Below, in pieces: positions 36,501 to 47,777 of a DNA stretch of 64,000 nt (positions within the stretch are counted from its first letter, which is position 1; each line of letters begins with the position of its first letter). Below the pieces are notes generated by a model. It ran no database searches and was not told the DNA's origin. It saw only the letters and a list, made by a program, of their open reading frames with translations. Both the position numbers and the translations under genes were made by a program. The stretch is taken from positions 13,516,001 through 13,580,000 of the forward strand of contig OZ024750.1 of assembly GCA_964016885.1 (NCBI GenBank), given 5' to 3'. This DNA comes from Eledone cirrhosa (taxonomy: Eukaryota).

Positions 36501-39500
36501 TGCCCAGTTCACACTGTAAATGTGGTTGGCATCAGGAAGGGCATCTAGCCATAGAAACCAAGCCAGAATCAGTTCTGTATGAGCAAGACATGGTCATCTG
36601 ATCTGATTTGTCTCACAATGGGACAACTTGCCTAACCCATGCAAGCATGGAAAAATGGATGTTAGACAGCGATTTTCTATAGTGGCACGAGTTGGATAAG
36701 TTGTCATGGTTCAAAACCAGAGAGGTCAGTCTGACCTCATCTTGTTCATATGTTCTATATTTGGTATGGTTTCTATGGCTGGATGTGAACCACTTTACAG
36801 GGTGTACTGGGTGCATTTTACATGACACCACCACTACCACTTTACAGAGTGTACTGGGTGTGTTTTATTGTAGCACTAACACAAGAGAAGTTGTTATATG
36901 TTCACATAAACCAGCGATTCTCAACCCTTTTACCCTTGTGGAACCCTTGCATAAAAATTATTATACACCATTATTAATATCTAAATGCATTAGCTTATTT
37001 ATCGCTGTTTCTCGTGGAACCCCTAGTGACCTCTTGCAGAACCCTAGGATTCCAGGGAACACTGGTTGAGAAATGCCTATCTAGACTGAAGAGACTGCTC
37101 AAACCCTGCATGGTCTTCATTCAATCATCAAATACTTCAGTTTCTCATCACGTTTAATTTTCATGTCACAATGCTTGCACAAGTGGACAGGTTATTTTTT
37201 TTTTTTTTTTTTTTTTTAGGGGGTATTAACACTTAAGCATTTACATTACTCTATATTTACTATTATATTTTCACAACAAACTTTACCTCACATAATTATC
37301 TCATACTATCGAATCTACGAGATTTTGATATTATTTATTTTGAGAACAACAACATCAGTATGATCGGCTAGTTACAGCCGGTTTGAACAGAAAGAGGTGA
37401 GAGAATTCTGGCTGGATACGGACGGTTTAAATGCTAAAGAGTTAAAGCATATTGCCAGCTCCCTCAGTCATGTGTCATCTCTTTTGTGAGATTCAGTTAC
37501 TTGAAAATCATTCTTCCCAACTTTGCCTCATATCTTATTTTTTCTCCCTCTTGTACAGGTTCCATCCATTTGAAGCACACAACGCTTTTTTTGTTTTGTT
37601 TACATAACTCTTTCTCTCTTTACACAACACATGCAAATACTAGTGTAGACATCTCTCTTACACATTACATTCAATTTCTTATACAATCAACTTTTCTCAC
37701 AGTTCACTTGAGCTCTGTTATTTATCCACACTAATATTACACATCCAGCAAAGCATGCATGTTTCATTTCTTTTGAGCTATCTCAAATCTTCTGCACATA
37801 AGACCCCTGTCTCTTACCATGCAACATAACAGTTTAAACACAAAGCATCATATAATCTGCCCTCCCTCTGAGAGAGAAGCTCTTTGTTGCCAGCAGGGGT
37901 TACAGCTCCCTCAACTTATACTCTGTTCTTCCTTTCTAGTTGTCACACCTTTAGTATATTCACCTCCACTGCTAATGAGGTCATCTAGATAGTAAAAGCT
38001 TTCTACCACTTCCAGTGAGCCTTCTGGACATTTGAGAGAATTTATCTCTTGAGTACTTCACTGTTGACTACTCCTGTGCACCTGCTACATATGAAGTCTA
38101 CCTTCCGAGTGAGCTTCATGACATATATTATAATAATAATAATGAAATTATTGTGTACAGTGCTCAGGTGCACTACAACTCATCAAAGGTGGATGTATAG
38201 TACATAGAATAATGTACAAATGTCAGGAAAATGAACAATGTATGAGTCATGATATACACACAGATGTGTATGGAGTGGGAATATCAGATGTAGTGTTGGC
38301 GAATTTCAGGAAGCATGGAGGTTTTAAATGATTGTGTGGACATAGTCTACACTGGGTACGCCATATGGAATTCCTGAATACTTCCCAATAAATGACAACA
38401 AACTGTACTTGCAAATGGTATAACAATAAATGTGAAATAGCAAATCTATTGTTAATATCAGCACTTTTGTGTGGTTGAGGACTGAGTCTTTGGATATGAA
38501 TATCACTGACTCATCTTAAAAATAAGGTTAAGCTTTTTTTTAGGTTTTATAGCATAAAAATAGAATTTTGTATTTCTCTGCCAGAATCTGAGAAGACATT
38601 TTGTGTAAGGTAGTGTCAAGCATGTTTATGAACCAAGTTGGAGAAATAGTGTAGAAGTTAAGTAGCACACTGCAGAGTAGGTCCATTATGATTTATTTAC
38701 TTAATGAGTTATTTATGGAGCAATACAAGAATTATCCCCCCCTCTCTCACTTATATCTCTCTCCAACAAGGCATGAGTCAGTTATCTTTTAAGATAACTT
38801 ATATCTTCCATTACATGTTGTTCTTATGACACATAGTAAAACTTGAAATAGAATGAAGTGATGTCTAACATTTACTATGTAGTCTAGGATTGGACGACTC
38901 TTTCATATTAAACATTGAACTCCCTGTCAGTCATTGTTATTCATAGTAAAACTTGAAATTCGACCACTTTCTCATACTAAAGATTGAACTCCTTGCCATT
39001 CAATATGATATTTATAGTAAAACTTGAAATAGAATGAAACAATGTCTAACGTTTTCTATGTAATCTAGGATTGGACCAATTTCTCATACTAAAATAATAA
39101 TTGTTTCTACTTTTGGCACAAGGCCAACAATTACCCCAGTGTATTACTGGTACTTTATTTTATCGACCCCGCAAGGATGAAAGGCAAAGTTAACATCAGC
39201 GGGATTTGAACTCAGTCCTTAAAGGGACGTAACTATGCTGCAAAGCATGAATAATAATGAAAATGATTGTGTACAGTGCTCAGGTGCACTACAACTCATC
39301 AAAGGTGCATGTATAGTACATAGAACAATGTACAAATGTCAGGCAAGTGAACAGTGTATGAGTCATAATATACACACAGGTACATGTGTGCGTATGTATG
39401 GAGGAGGAATATCTGGTGTAGTGTTGTTGAATTTCAGGAAGCATGGAAGTTTTGAAGGATGCAGCTAACAACTGATGCAGGTAGTTTGTTCCATGCATCA

Positions 39501-42500
39501 GTAACTCTGAACATTGAAAAAAATGTTCCCAAAAGTCATAGGAGCTGAACTGTTTTCTGATTCTGTAAGCATGACCATGGGTGTTAGACACATGGAATTC
39601 AAAAAGGTTCTCAGGGTTGTTGTTGGCAAGATAGAACTCCCTGTCATTCATTATGATATTTAATTGGCAGTATCGGTAGAGAGTCGGACGCCATGCTTTG
39701 ACACATAGAGTTACTGCCCTTGCTATTCTGAGTTCAAATCCCGCCGAGGTTAACTTTGCCTTTCATCCTTACGGGGTCGATAAAATAAAGTACCAGTAAT
39801 GCACTGGGTTATTGCTGGCCTTGTGCCAAAAGTAGAAACAATTATGATATTTATACTAAAATTAAATGTACATAGTTCCTATCAAAACAACAAACTAGAT
39901 ATTTTTGTTATCACCATTATTAATAAATAGTTCAATTTCAAATCCAAGAAAAATCTATTTATTTGTGGTGGCTTTTGTTGGGGTTTTTTATATTCTTTTC
40001 ATGAACAATAAAAATACAAACATATGTAATACGCTGTATTACAGAAATTTATGAGAAATTCCCACACAACAGCAGCAAAGCTTATGGTCCTTGACTATAG
40101 ACTGTTTACAAGGCTATGAATTAAAAATTGCACATTCATAATGTGTAAAGCAGATTACTCAAAGCTGGTGGCATTATCACTTCATGGATGAATAATTAGA
40201 TAGAGAAAATATACTGCTTCAGTAAATTATAATATGGAAACTCACATTTCATGTTTGTGTTCTCCTAGTTGTAGTCTTTTTATGTAAACTTAATAAGATC
40301 CTGTTGAGGGCATATGTGACACAGAATCAATCAATGAAATACTTGGGAGTACTTCACAGTGCAACTTTCCCCACCCATACCCCAAATTGCTGGCCTTGAG
40401 CCTAAAGTAGAAATCATCATTATTAGTATCAAAGAAGTCTGCTCAACCAGGACTGACCTGGAACTAAACAACTGTTATGAGTATTGTTATTACCTTATCT
40501 CTGTGTAAGGTAATAACAATAAACTATTATTAATAACAGCTTTAACCCATTAGCATTTAAACGAGCCGTATCCGGCCAAAATTCTCTCACCTCTTTCTGT
40601 CCACAATGATCATAATCAGTGATTCCTACTGACATTGAGGTATTATTCTCAAAATAAACAATATCAAAATCTCATACATTCGATATTATGTAAGATAATT
40701 ATGTGAGGTAAAGTCTTTACTGTGAAAATACAATAGTATATATAGAGTAATGTAAATGTTATGTGAGATATTATGTGAGGTAAAGTCTTTACTGTGAAAA
40801 TACAATAGTATATATAGAGTAATGTAAATGTTATGTGAGATATTATGTGAGGTAAAGTCTTTACTGTGAAAATACAAATGTAAATGCTAAAGGGTTAACA
40901 TATAAGACACTTCCACAAAACCTTTACTCAAATATTTTAACAACAATTAATTGTTGTGACTGGAATGTTTAAAAGATGAACAATAAGAAAAAATACATAT
41001 CTGATGAATCATTAACAACAATTGTTGGTCTAAGAATAATTTGTTGCTGTTAATATATAAATAGTGGATTGGCAGGTCGGTAGAGGGTCGGACGCCATGC
41101 TTTGCAGCAAAGGGTTATGGTCCTTTACAGTCTGAGTTCAAACCCTGCTGAGGTTGACTTTGCCTTTCATCCTTATGGGGTCGGTAAAATAAAGTACCAG
41201 TAATGCACTGGGATAATTGCTGGCCTTGTGCCAAAAGTAGAAACAATTAATATATAAATTTATAATAAACCTTATAAAAAAAAAATGTATTTCTCAAGAA
41301 AATATGTTAGCAATATTTTTAATGAAATGTCTAATACAACTAAAAGAGTATATAAAATAAGGGTGGGTTGTTTCAGTTCTGTTTGGCTTACAGTTTTTAA
41401 AAATATTGTTTTATATCCATTTTACTTTGTCTGCATGGAATGCAAATGTTTTGTGTTTTGAGTAATTGTTTTTACAAACATTTGCTCTTCCTGTTTAACA
41501 TTCAACCATGAAGTAGGAGTGTAACCTGTGTTTTCTTCTTTAAAGAGGATGTGTTATATATATAAAGTAGTTACCACGGTGAAAAGAAAAGATCCTCCTT
41601 AAAAGGCCTGAGGCTAAAACATTTATTTTAATCATAACAATTCTTTTTTTATTATCTATGGTAAATGTAGACAGGTAAGCAGAGTTGTTATTTAGCCCAA
41701 GGTCAACTCTAAAAGACAAAACCTATCATCAAAGGCATTCTAGCCATGACCATCCCATTTTGTTTTCAGACACAGAGTACATATAGAATCACATTATTCA
41801 ATATAGCCTGCTTTTCAAAATTGTAGAATGCGAGTGATTTCATGGAGATCTGGCTACCGTTTCTAGCAGGTTATGCAACCAGATAGAGCCCTCCCCCTCT
41901 CTCTATTTTGTCAAAGAAATACCTCCACAATGCCAAAGTAGGATTTAGACATATAATCATGGTCAGTAAACCAACATCAGACCTGGAGAAAGATGGCTGC
42001 TACCAGGTTTTCAAAGAGACGCCCTAGAACACCATATGTCAATGTAGCATCCCTACGATTCCCTCAGGAGTTACAACACCATACATACACACAAACCAAC
42101 ATCATAACCTCACAGTTACTGTGAGTGTTTGAAATTTCAGTTAATATAGCAGACATTTTCTTAAACATTGATCAGAAGGAAAAACAGAATGTTAAATCAA
42201 AATTTAAATATAAATTTAGTAATTTAAAAAAAAAATTAAGCAGGGAGCAAATTCTAGAGGGTTACTTCTGTGGATTGTACAATGTTTACTGTGAAAGACC
42301 TAATAGGGGAGACAGTAAGGGTTATTAGAGGAGGATAGCTGGATTGGATAGGTGGGGCACTTGAGTAGCAAGGATCCGTATGTAGCTAGCTCAGAAGTGA
42401 AGGGATCACAAGGAACTGTATGTAGCTAGCTCAGAAGTGAAGGGATCACAAGGAACTGTGTGTAGCTAGCTCTCAAGTGAAAGGATCACAAGGAACTGTG

Positions 42501-43492
42501 TGTAGCTAGCTCTCAAGTGAAGGGATCACAAGGAACTGTATGTAGCTAGCTCAGAAGTGAAGGGATCACAAGGAACTGTGTGTAGCTAGCTCTCAAGTGA
42601 AAGGATCACAAGGAACTGTGTGTAGCTAGCTCTCAAGTGAAGGGATCACAAGCAACTGTGTGTAGCTAGCTCTCAAGTGACGGGATCTCAAGGAACTGTG
42701 TGTAGCTAGCTCTCAAGTGAAAGGATCATTCCATAGATTCCATAGATGGCAGCAGTGGCCACAAACCGTCCCAGAGCCTCCAAGATTGGTGGGAGAGGGA
42801 GAAAGTTATCCTGAAACTGGAGACTGAGTCCAAATGCTTACAACATAGTAGAAATCAAGTAAGGTATCCAAAGGCAAGGTTGTTGTGTTAAACTGGGTAA
42901 TGGAGTAAGCCACTCCACCTTGTGGGATCACACGTGTAGGCAGCCAACTCTGCTCTGATGGTTCTCTGACAATAGTGGTGCTGAACTGTATCAGCCACAG
43001 CCATTCCCAAGACCAACAATGATGGAGAGGGGAGGTAACTGGCATAGGTTCCTGGTTTCACGGAGAGGGGAGGTAACTGGCATACATAGGTTCCTGGTTT
43101 CACGGAGAGGGGAGGTAACTGGCATACATAGGTTCCTGGTTTCATGGAGAGGGAAGGTAACTAGCATACACATTCCTGGTTTCACGGAGAGGGGGAGGTA
43201 ATTGGCATACATTAGGTTCCTGGTCTCATAGAGGGGAGGTAATTGGCATACATAGGTTCCTGGTCTCGTGGAGAGGGAGGTAACTAGGATAAACAGGTTC
43301 CTGGTTTCATAGGGAGAGGAGATAAACAGCATACACAGGTCCCTGATCTCAGAGAGAAGGGAGGTAACTGGTTTCACAAGACAATGGAAAACTGGATAAC
43401 AAGTGTAAAATATACATTGGGATGGAGTACAGAATTATAAGTATTGAAATAAAATTGATTGTAAAGGTTTTCAACCTACCATTGCCTTCCAT
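24343..43492 (-). CDS. MAP3K2: MAP kinase kinase kinase 2/3 (MEKK2/MEKK3 orthologue), spliced gene span, 15 coding exons, about 628 aa (PB1 + Ser/Thr kinase)
   Basis: Hand-joined exons 43480-43492, 34645-34745, 33996-34042, 33235-33340, 32537-32719, 32113-32241, 31338-31432, 30439-30527, 30254-30325, 29103-29342, 28180-28328, 27731-27853, 26795-26924, 25655-25829 and 24343-24577. All are GT-AG, phases are compatible, total 1887 nt. Motifs [52 protein letters not shown] and [14 protein letters not shown] match vertebrate MEKK2/3; it is probably a single pro-orthologue of both. Confidence 0.93.
25475..25628 (+). mobile_element. MetaSINE-type SINE, 5'-truncated, intronic
   Basis: gttcaaatcc...ctttgcctttcattc...aataaagtaccag. 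Confidence 0.7.
25655..25829 (-). CDS. MAP3K2: MAP3K2/3 exon (DFG, activation loop, APE)
   Basis: tttttacag acceptor, gtaagt donor; [58 protein letters not shown]. Confidence 0.95.
26390..26755 (-). mobile_element. RTE-like LINE 3' fragment (family also at 11385-11530 +, 12960-13170 +, 62905-63265 -)
   Basis: Shared agaatgtctcagga..aagaatcgctggacaga...gatggttggataacatcca motif. Confidence 0.7.
26795..26924 (-). CDS. MAP3K2: MAP3K2/3 exon (subdomain VI, HRD)
   Basis: ctcag acceptor, gtaagt donor; [43 protein letters not shown]. Confidence 0.95.
27731..27853 (-). CDS. MAP3K2: MAP3K2/3 exon (alphaC helix to hinge)
   Basis: tttatag acceptor, gtaaga donor; [41 protein letters not shown]. Confidence 0.95.
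28180..28328 (-). CDS. MAP3K2: MAP3K2/3 exon (G-loop, catalytic Lys)
   Basis: (S)[49 protein letters not shown]; gtaatt donor. Confidence 0.95.
28492..28693. mobile_element. mariner-like MITE
   Basis: TA-CGAGGG..GCTGAAAAGTT / AACTGTTGAGCTGACCCTCG imperfect TIRs. Confidence 0.7.
28733..28840 (+). mobile_element. Penelope-like pLTR remnant with a decayed minimal hammerhead
   Basis: TCTT-CTGATGA-A-AGAC-TAGC-ATCC-AAAA-CGTT-AAGA; about 100 bp shared with 53338-53435. Confidence 0.55.
29103..29342 (-). CDS. MAP3K2: MAP3K2/3 exon (Ser-rich linker)
   Basis: ttattcag acceptor, gtaagt donor; [13 protein letters not shown]...STSSSSSG...HYSK; similar to the RKTFPR segment of MEKK2. Confidence 0.88.
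29700..30192 (+). repeat. 48-bp tandem repeat, about 10 units, derived from the RTE 3'UTR subrepeat
   Basis: cacactgtaaagtggtcatgtaggtgtcacgacaaaaagcacccagtc; matches 54295-54345 and 18640-18690. Confidence 0.9.
30254..30325 (-). CDS. MAP3K2: MAP3K2/3 exon (GTFPRGY, equivalent to the GTYPRRY 14-3-3 site)
   Basis: tttcag acceptor, gtaagt donor; [23 protein letters not shown]. Confidence 0.87.
30439..30527 (-). CDS. MAP3K2: MAP3K2/3 exon (linker)
   Basis: tttaacag acceptor, gtaaga donor; [29 protein letters not shown]; phases fit the neighbouring exons. Confidence 0.83.
31093..31278. mobile_element. hAT (Charlie-like) MITE (copies also at 43752-43917, 50768-50914; related 36912-37075)
   Basis: CAAGGTGTCCCAAAC / TTTGAGAACCACTG termini with a perfect 8-bp TSD gtttaatg. 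Confidence 0.8.
31338..31432 (-). CDS. MAP3K2: MAP3K2/3 exon (linker)
   Basis: ttttcag acceptor, gtaagt donor; [31 protein letters not shown], similar to vertebrate GSCPSLDS. Confidence 0.85.
31508..31668 (+). mobile_element. MetaSINE-type SINE, intronic
   Basis: A/B-box head plus Meta-like core. Confidence 0.8.
32113..32241 (-). CDS. MAP3K2: MAP3K2/3 exon (SPPPG / GQFIPE motifs)
   Basis: [43 protein letters not shown]; matches SSPPPG...SEGEFIPE of MEKK2/3. Confidence 0.92.
32537..32719 (-). CDS. MAP3K2: MAP3K2/3 exon (PB1 domain, C-terminal part)
   Basis: [34 protein letters not shown]...; ttttcag acceptor, gtaagt donor. Confidence 0.92.
33235..33340 (-). CDS. MAP3K2: MAP3K2/3 exon (PB1 domain, middle)
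   Basis: [35 protein letters not shown]; tag acceptor, gtaagt donor. Confidence 0.88.
33570..33826. repeat. Compound (CTA/CCA/CTG)n trinucleotide repeat, intronic
   Basis: Low-complexity triplets. Confidence 0.9.
33996..34042 (-). CDS. MAP3K2: MAP3K2/3 small exon (PB1 start, conserved basic Lys)
   Basis: tttcag acceptor; [16 protein letters not shown] versus human DVRVKFEHRGEKR; gtaaac donor. Confidence 0.9.
34645..34745 (-). CDS. MAP3K2: MAP3K2/3 N-terminal helix exon
   Basis: tgtttcag acceptor; (D)[33 protein letters not shown]; gtaaat donor. Confidence 0.8.
37700..38110 (-). mobile_element. Degenerate RTE LINE fragment
   Basis: Decayed homology to 6740-7100 and 17830-18230. Confidence 0.65.
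39094..39250 (-). mobile_element. MetaSINE-type SINE
   Basis: Same family consensus, reverse orientation. Confidence 0.8.
39250..39640 (-). mobile_element. CR1-like LINE 3' end (second copy near 38130-38500)
   Basis: [25 protein letters not shown]-type terminus; (ATT)n tail. Confidence 0.7.
39663..39842 (+). mobile_element. MetaSINE-type SINE, full length
   Basis: Family consensus; flanking direct repeat attatgatattta. Confidence 0.85.
40546..40894. mobile_element. piggyBac-like MITE with internal tandem triplication of about 72 bp
   Basis: TTAA flanks; repeated block at 40685-40877. Confidence 0.85.
41065..41248 (+). mobile_element. MetaSINE-type SINE, full length
   Basis: Family consensus; flanking direct repeat ttaatatataaat. 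Confidence 0.85.
42379..42728. repeat. 40-bp minisatellite, about 8.7 units
   Basis: tgtagctagctc(ag/tc)aagtgaagggatcacaaggaactgt[ag]. Confidence 0.93.
43024..43377. repeat. About 42-bp minisatellite, about 8 units
   Basis: ggagaggggaggtaactggcatacataggttcctggtttcac. Confidence 0.9.
43480..43492 (-). CDS. MAP3K2: Probable MAP3K2/3 start-codon exon (MEGN+G), within exon 43480-43628
   Basis: Strong cttttcttttcttttcag acceptor at 43629-43631; AAAGTCATGG context with an upstream in-frame TAA; ATG GAA GGC AAT G|gtagg gives the phase-1 junction needed by exon 34645-34745. Confidence 0.65.
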
Positions 43493-45744
43493 GACTTTAA
43501 GACAAGCACTTTCTACAATAGAAGCACAAGTCAACTGGATTATATAATCCAAAATTTCACGGAATTAAAGACTAAGATTCAACTGCAACTACATATATAA
43601 GCAAAGCTTCAGCTGCTGACATGAGAAACTGAAAAGAAAAGAAAAAGTATATTAAAATAATATTTACATACATACATAGTCATCCATACATACAGTCATC
43701 GATATATACATCAGTAATTGTTTATTTTAAAGTGTTTATATTTATCTAAACCAGTGGTTCATAAAGTGGGTTCCGCAAAGGAGTTTGGGGTTCCATGAAA
43801 AAAGGTAGAGGAGTATATTCATATTATAACCGTATAAACAGTATTAGACTTTGGGTTCCCCCAAAATTTTTCTGAACCAAAAAGGGTTCTGCATTTGAAA
43901 AAGTTTGGGAAACCCTGATATACATACATATAGTCACACATATTGTCGATCGATTTTCATCAAATCGGACCATACATATAGTCACACATATTGTCGATCG
44001 ATTTTCATCAAATCGGACCAAGGAAACAATGTTTCCGTTGGTCTTTCCAATTGCTAATACTATCGGTCGCAACTCCAGGTAGAAGGAGCAACGTGAAATA
44101 AAGTGTCTTGCTCAAGGACATAACGCATCACCCAATCCAGTAATCGAACTGACAACCTCGCCATTGCAAATCCAGTTCTCTAACCAATCAGCCACACGCC
44201 TTCACTAGTCACATGTATGCCTGTATATATACATCTATATATACAGGCATACATATATATACATCTAGACATACACAGTCATATCTATGAAACAGATTTT
44301 TAAGTGTAAACTTGTGCAAAATATATCAAATAACATTCTCTCACACACACACACTCAAAGACATATCTATCAAACATATTTTTAAGTGTAAACTTGTGCA
44401 AAATATACCAAATAATTATTCTATTCTATTCAATTCACTGTAATATGAGACTTGAAAAGACATCAGAGGAAATTTTTTATTGATCAAATGAAACCCAGAA
44501 AGTGACCTTGTAATGAGGAAATTAAATGAATTGCTCTGAACACAGATGGCAAAGAAACTCATCTACGATCATAATAGCCTTATAATGGAATAGAAAAAAG
44601 GTCTTCCATGTAGCCATTCAACTTGCCCAATATAGCAACCAAATATTCAGTAAGAATCTCCAATTACTTATTTCAAAATACAAGGAGCTGAAAAGTTCAT
44701 TGGCTGACTATGAAGGGTTGATGCTTGTGCCCATCATAGGATAGAGAGGACTCTTCAGTCATGACATAACCTCTCTAGTACTGGTGTCATGAAAAATGCA
44801 CCCAGTATTTTAAGGTACATGTAAGCTGGTTGGTGATAAGAAGAGTTTCCAGCTGTAGAAACCATGCAAAAGCAATGGAGGGAGGGGTGAGAGGACTTCT
44901 CAGCTGGGTCAAAGATGTGGCAACCTCTCTAGTATTGATGACATGATAAAACACACCCAGTACACTCTGCAAAAAGGTTGGTGATAGGAAAGGCATCCAA
45001 TTGAAGCAAACTTACTAAACAATGGGTCGAGAGGACTCTTTAGTTGTGTCAAAGACATGACAACCTCTTTAGTGTTGGAACCATGATAAACAATACCTGT
45101 CCAATCCTTGATAGCAAGGAAAAATGTTATTTGAGATGATTTTTAACAAAATTACTAATGAATCAGATTGATCCCTGTACTTGACTGGAACTTACTTTAA
45201 AAACTTGTGAAGTATACAAGTTGACTATACCAGGATTTGAATTTAGAAGGTAAAAACATTTTATCTGTTGTTCAGCCAATTCTAAATTGGAAAATCACAG
45301 CAAATGGAGATGAATCTGAAACATTTGTGATTACAATATCTCCTGTCTAATTAAACTCTGTTAATGTTAAAACGAAATCGTATAATCAATACTGTAAGAA
45401 ATAAGAAAAACAACAACAAAAGCTACAGCTAGTATATACTGATGTGACATACTAGTTGAAATAGGTCTGATAAAGAAAGAAATGAAACTTGAAATCACAC
45501 AAAGAAACTGAATAGAATGAAATAAATTTTGCTGCGTCATAACTTGATTCTACTCAATATTCTGTTTGACTTAATTTCTATACTTTAGATGAATGAAATA
45601 AAAAGAACAAATTTATTATCTGTATTTTAATACAACTCAAATAATATTTTCAGAAAATTAACTGATAAAAAAAAATTTTAAAGTGAATCAGTGGGAAAAG
45701 TAAACTTTACAAAAAAAAAAAATTAATGGTATTAATACCAGTGG

Positions 45745-45975
45745 AGTGGCTCAATGGTATTAGAACCATAGGACTGGTTCAATGGTAAACCAGTGAATGG
45801 TATTAGAACCATAGGACTGGCTCAATGGTAAACCAAATAATGGTACTACAACCAGAGACTGGCTCAATGGTAAACCAGTGAATGGTATTAGAACCATAGG
45901 ACTGGCTCAATGGTAAACCAAAGAATGGTATTACAACCAGAGACTGGCTCAATGGTAAACCAGTATTACAACCAG
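45745..45975. repeat. 43-bp minisatellite, about 5 units
   Basis: gactggctcaatggtaaaccagtgaatggtattagaaccatag. Confidence 0.88.
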
Positions 45976-46635
45976 TTGACTGATTCAAAGGTAACCCAGT
46001 TGGTAGTATTTCTAAAATAATGTTAACTGTGAACCATTGAACTGGTTCAATGATAAATTAGTTAACTTTATTTTTACTGTTTAGTGATGGAAGTAAAGAT
46101 TACTTATGACCTTTTCCGAGGCTTCAGAAACTGGTGGATGGGAAGGAGGGAGAGAGGAAGGTACCCTTACTTCAGAGACCTGATCTGAATACTTGCAACA
46201 AATAGTTTGGGACAGGCGATTAAACCAGGTGACCCAAGTGGGCCACAACAGCATTTCAACTGAGAATGAAAAGCAGTGGAATAAATACAAGTTATTTCAT
46301 CTGACACTATAACAATCCCACCAATAAAATGTCTTTAGATTGATACTTCATTTTATCAAACCCAAAATGATTAAAGTCAAACTTAAATCGAAGCAGAATT
46401 TTAATTCAGAGCAAAGAGAAAGCAATAACAAACACTACAAGGCATTTTGTCCTAAACTCTAACAATTCTAACAATTAGCCCCCTAATGAAATAACAGGAA
46501 CATAAACCATATTCATTCTTTAATAACAGCAAAATAGTCTCCTATCATAATTAGTTGAAAACTGACTTTCATTTAACATCCTGTAATGATTTAGCAGAAA
46601 ATACCTAATAATGGTTATCATATCTTTACTAGTGT

Positions 46636-46850
46636 GAAGGTGCATGGCTTAGTGGATACAGCGTTGGGCTTGCAACTGTAAGGTTGTGAATTCAATTCCT
46701 GGACTGGGTGATGTGCTATGTCCTTGAGCAAGACACTTTATTTCACGTTGCTTCAATTTTCTACTCAACTGTAGAAATGAGTTGCAACGTCTCTGGTGCC
46801 AAGTTGTATCAGCCATTGCCTTTCCCGTGGACAACATTGGTGGCATCCAA
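46636..46850 (+). mobile_element. tRNA-derived CORE-type SINE (related copies near 12740-12960 +, 44000-44205 -, 51253-51330 +)
   Basis: TGGCTTAGTGG A box, GAATTCAATTCC B box, CORE-like TCCTTGAGCAAGACACTT. Confidence 0.65.
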
Positions 46851-47373
46851 TAGACCAGCAAATACGGTATTCTAAGGAGCAGTATGTAACACACATATCT
46901 GAAATAACACTATGATTGTGGAGTTAAATGGAAGCAGAACTGATGGTTGTAAACTGTGTCATTGTTGAAGAAAGCTGAAGAAACTTGGCAGACAGGTATA
47001 AACATCTATAATGCCATTGGAGCAAGATGTGTAGTAATTTCAGCTACTAACTGGTGGCAGCTTAGATGAGATTTAGTGTAGAACCAGTGAAAACTAGTAT
47101 CAACTAAACTGATGGCTGCTGTAATTTGAGTATAGCAAGTAGATACAAACATCTAATTTTTAGTTGCTATGTCATACCTTCAATGAAATCAGCAGCAACC
47201 CTGCTAAAAGATTTGTAGGTTAAATCTAAATGTTAGGTTAATCAGAACTCAATTTAATAAAACTTCGGCTGAGAAGATGAAATCATTCAAGGATATACTG
47301 AGTGATCTAACTATGAAGATTTTCACATGTCAACTCTGTATATGTATGTATACATATATATATCATCATCATC

Positions 47374-47425
<52 letters not shown>

Positions 47426-47431
<6 letters not shown>

Positions 47432-47777
47432 CAGGAAAGAAGGTTTACATGGTTTGCTATACAAAAAAGTTTTTAATCACATAGCTTACATTTGTTTCAC
47501 TGAACTGGTCTATCTAGAGATCGCTATCCGCCTAATTTTGCGTCACTCGATCGCCAATACAGAATTATAACCAGTCAGATCTTCGGAGTATGCGAGAATG
47601 AGCATTCTCGCATACTCCGAAGATCTGACTGGTTATAATTCTGTATTGGCGATCGAGTGACGCAAAATTAGGCGGATAGCGATCTCTAGATAGACCAGTT
47701 CAGTGAAACAAATGTAAGCTATGTGATTAAAAACTTTTTTGTATAGCAAACCATGTAAACCTTCTTTCCTGATTTAT
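47426..47777. repeat. Perfect palindrome, 175-bp arms, 2-nt loop
   Basis: 47426-47600 is the reverse complement of 47603-47777. Confidence 0.96.
47608..47726 (+). ncRNA. Type I hammerhead-ribozyme-like motif (Penelope-type), mirrored on the minus strand
   Basis: Stem I TCGCATACT / AG(C)TATGTGA; core CCGAAGA (U4C); stem II CTGACTGGT / ACCAGTTCAG; GAAA-C-AAAT-GUA. Confidence 0.5.

Noticed and set aside
39663-39745. tRNA-like A/B boxes
   Set aside because: Heads of tRNA-derived SINEs; no cloverleaf
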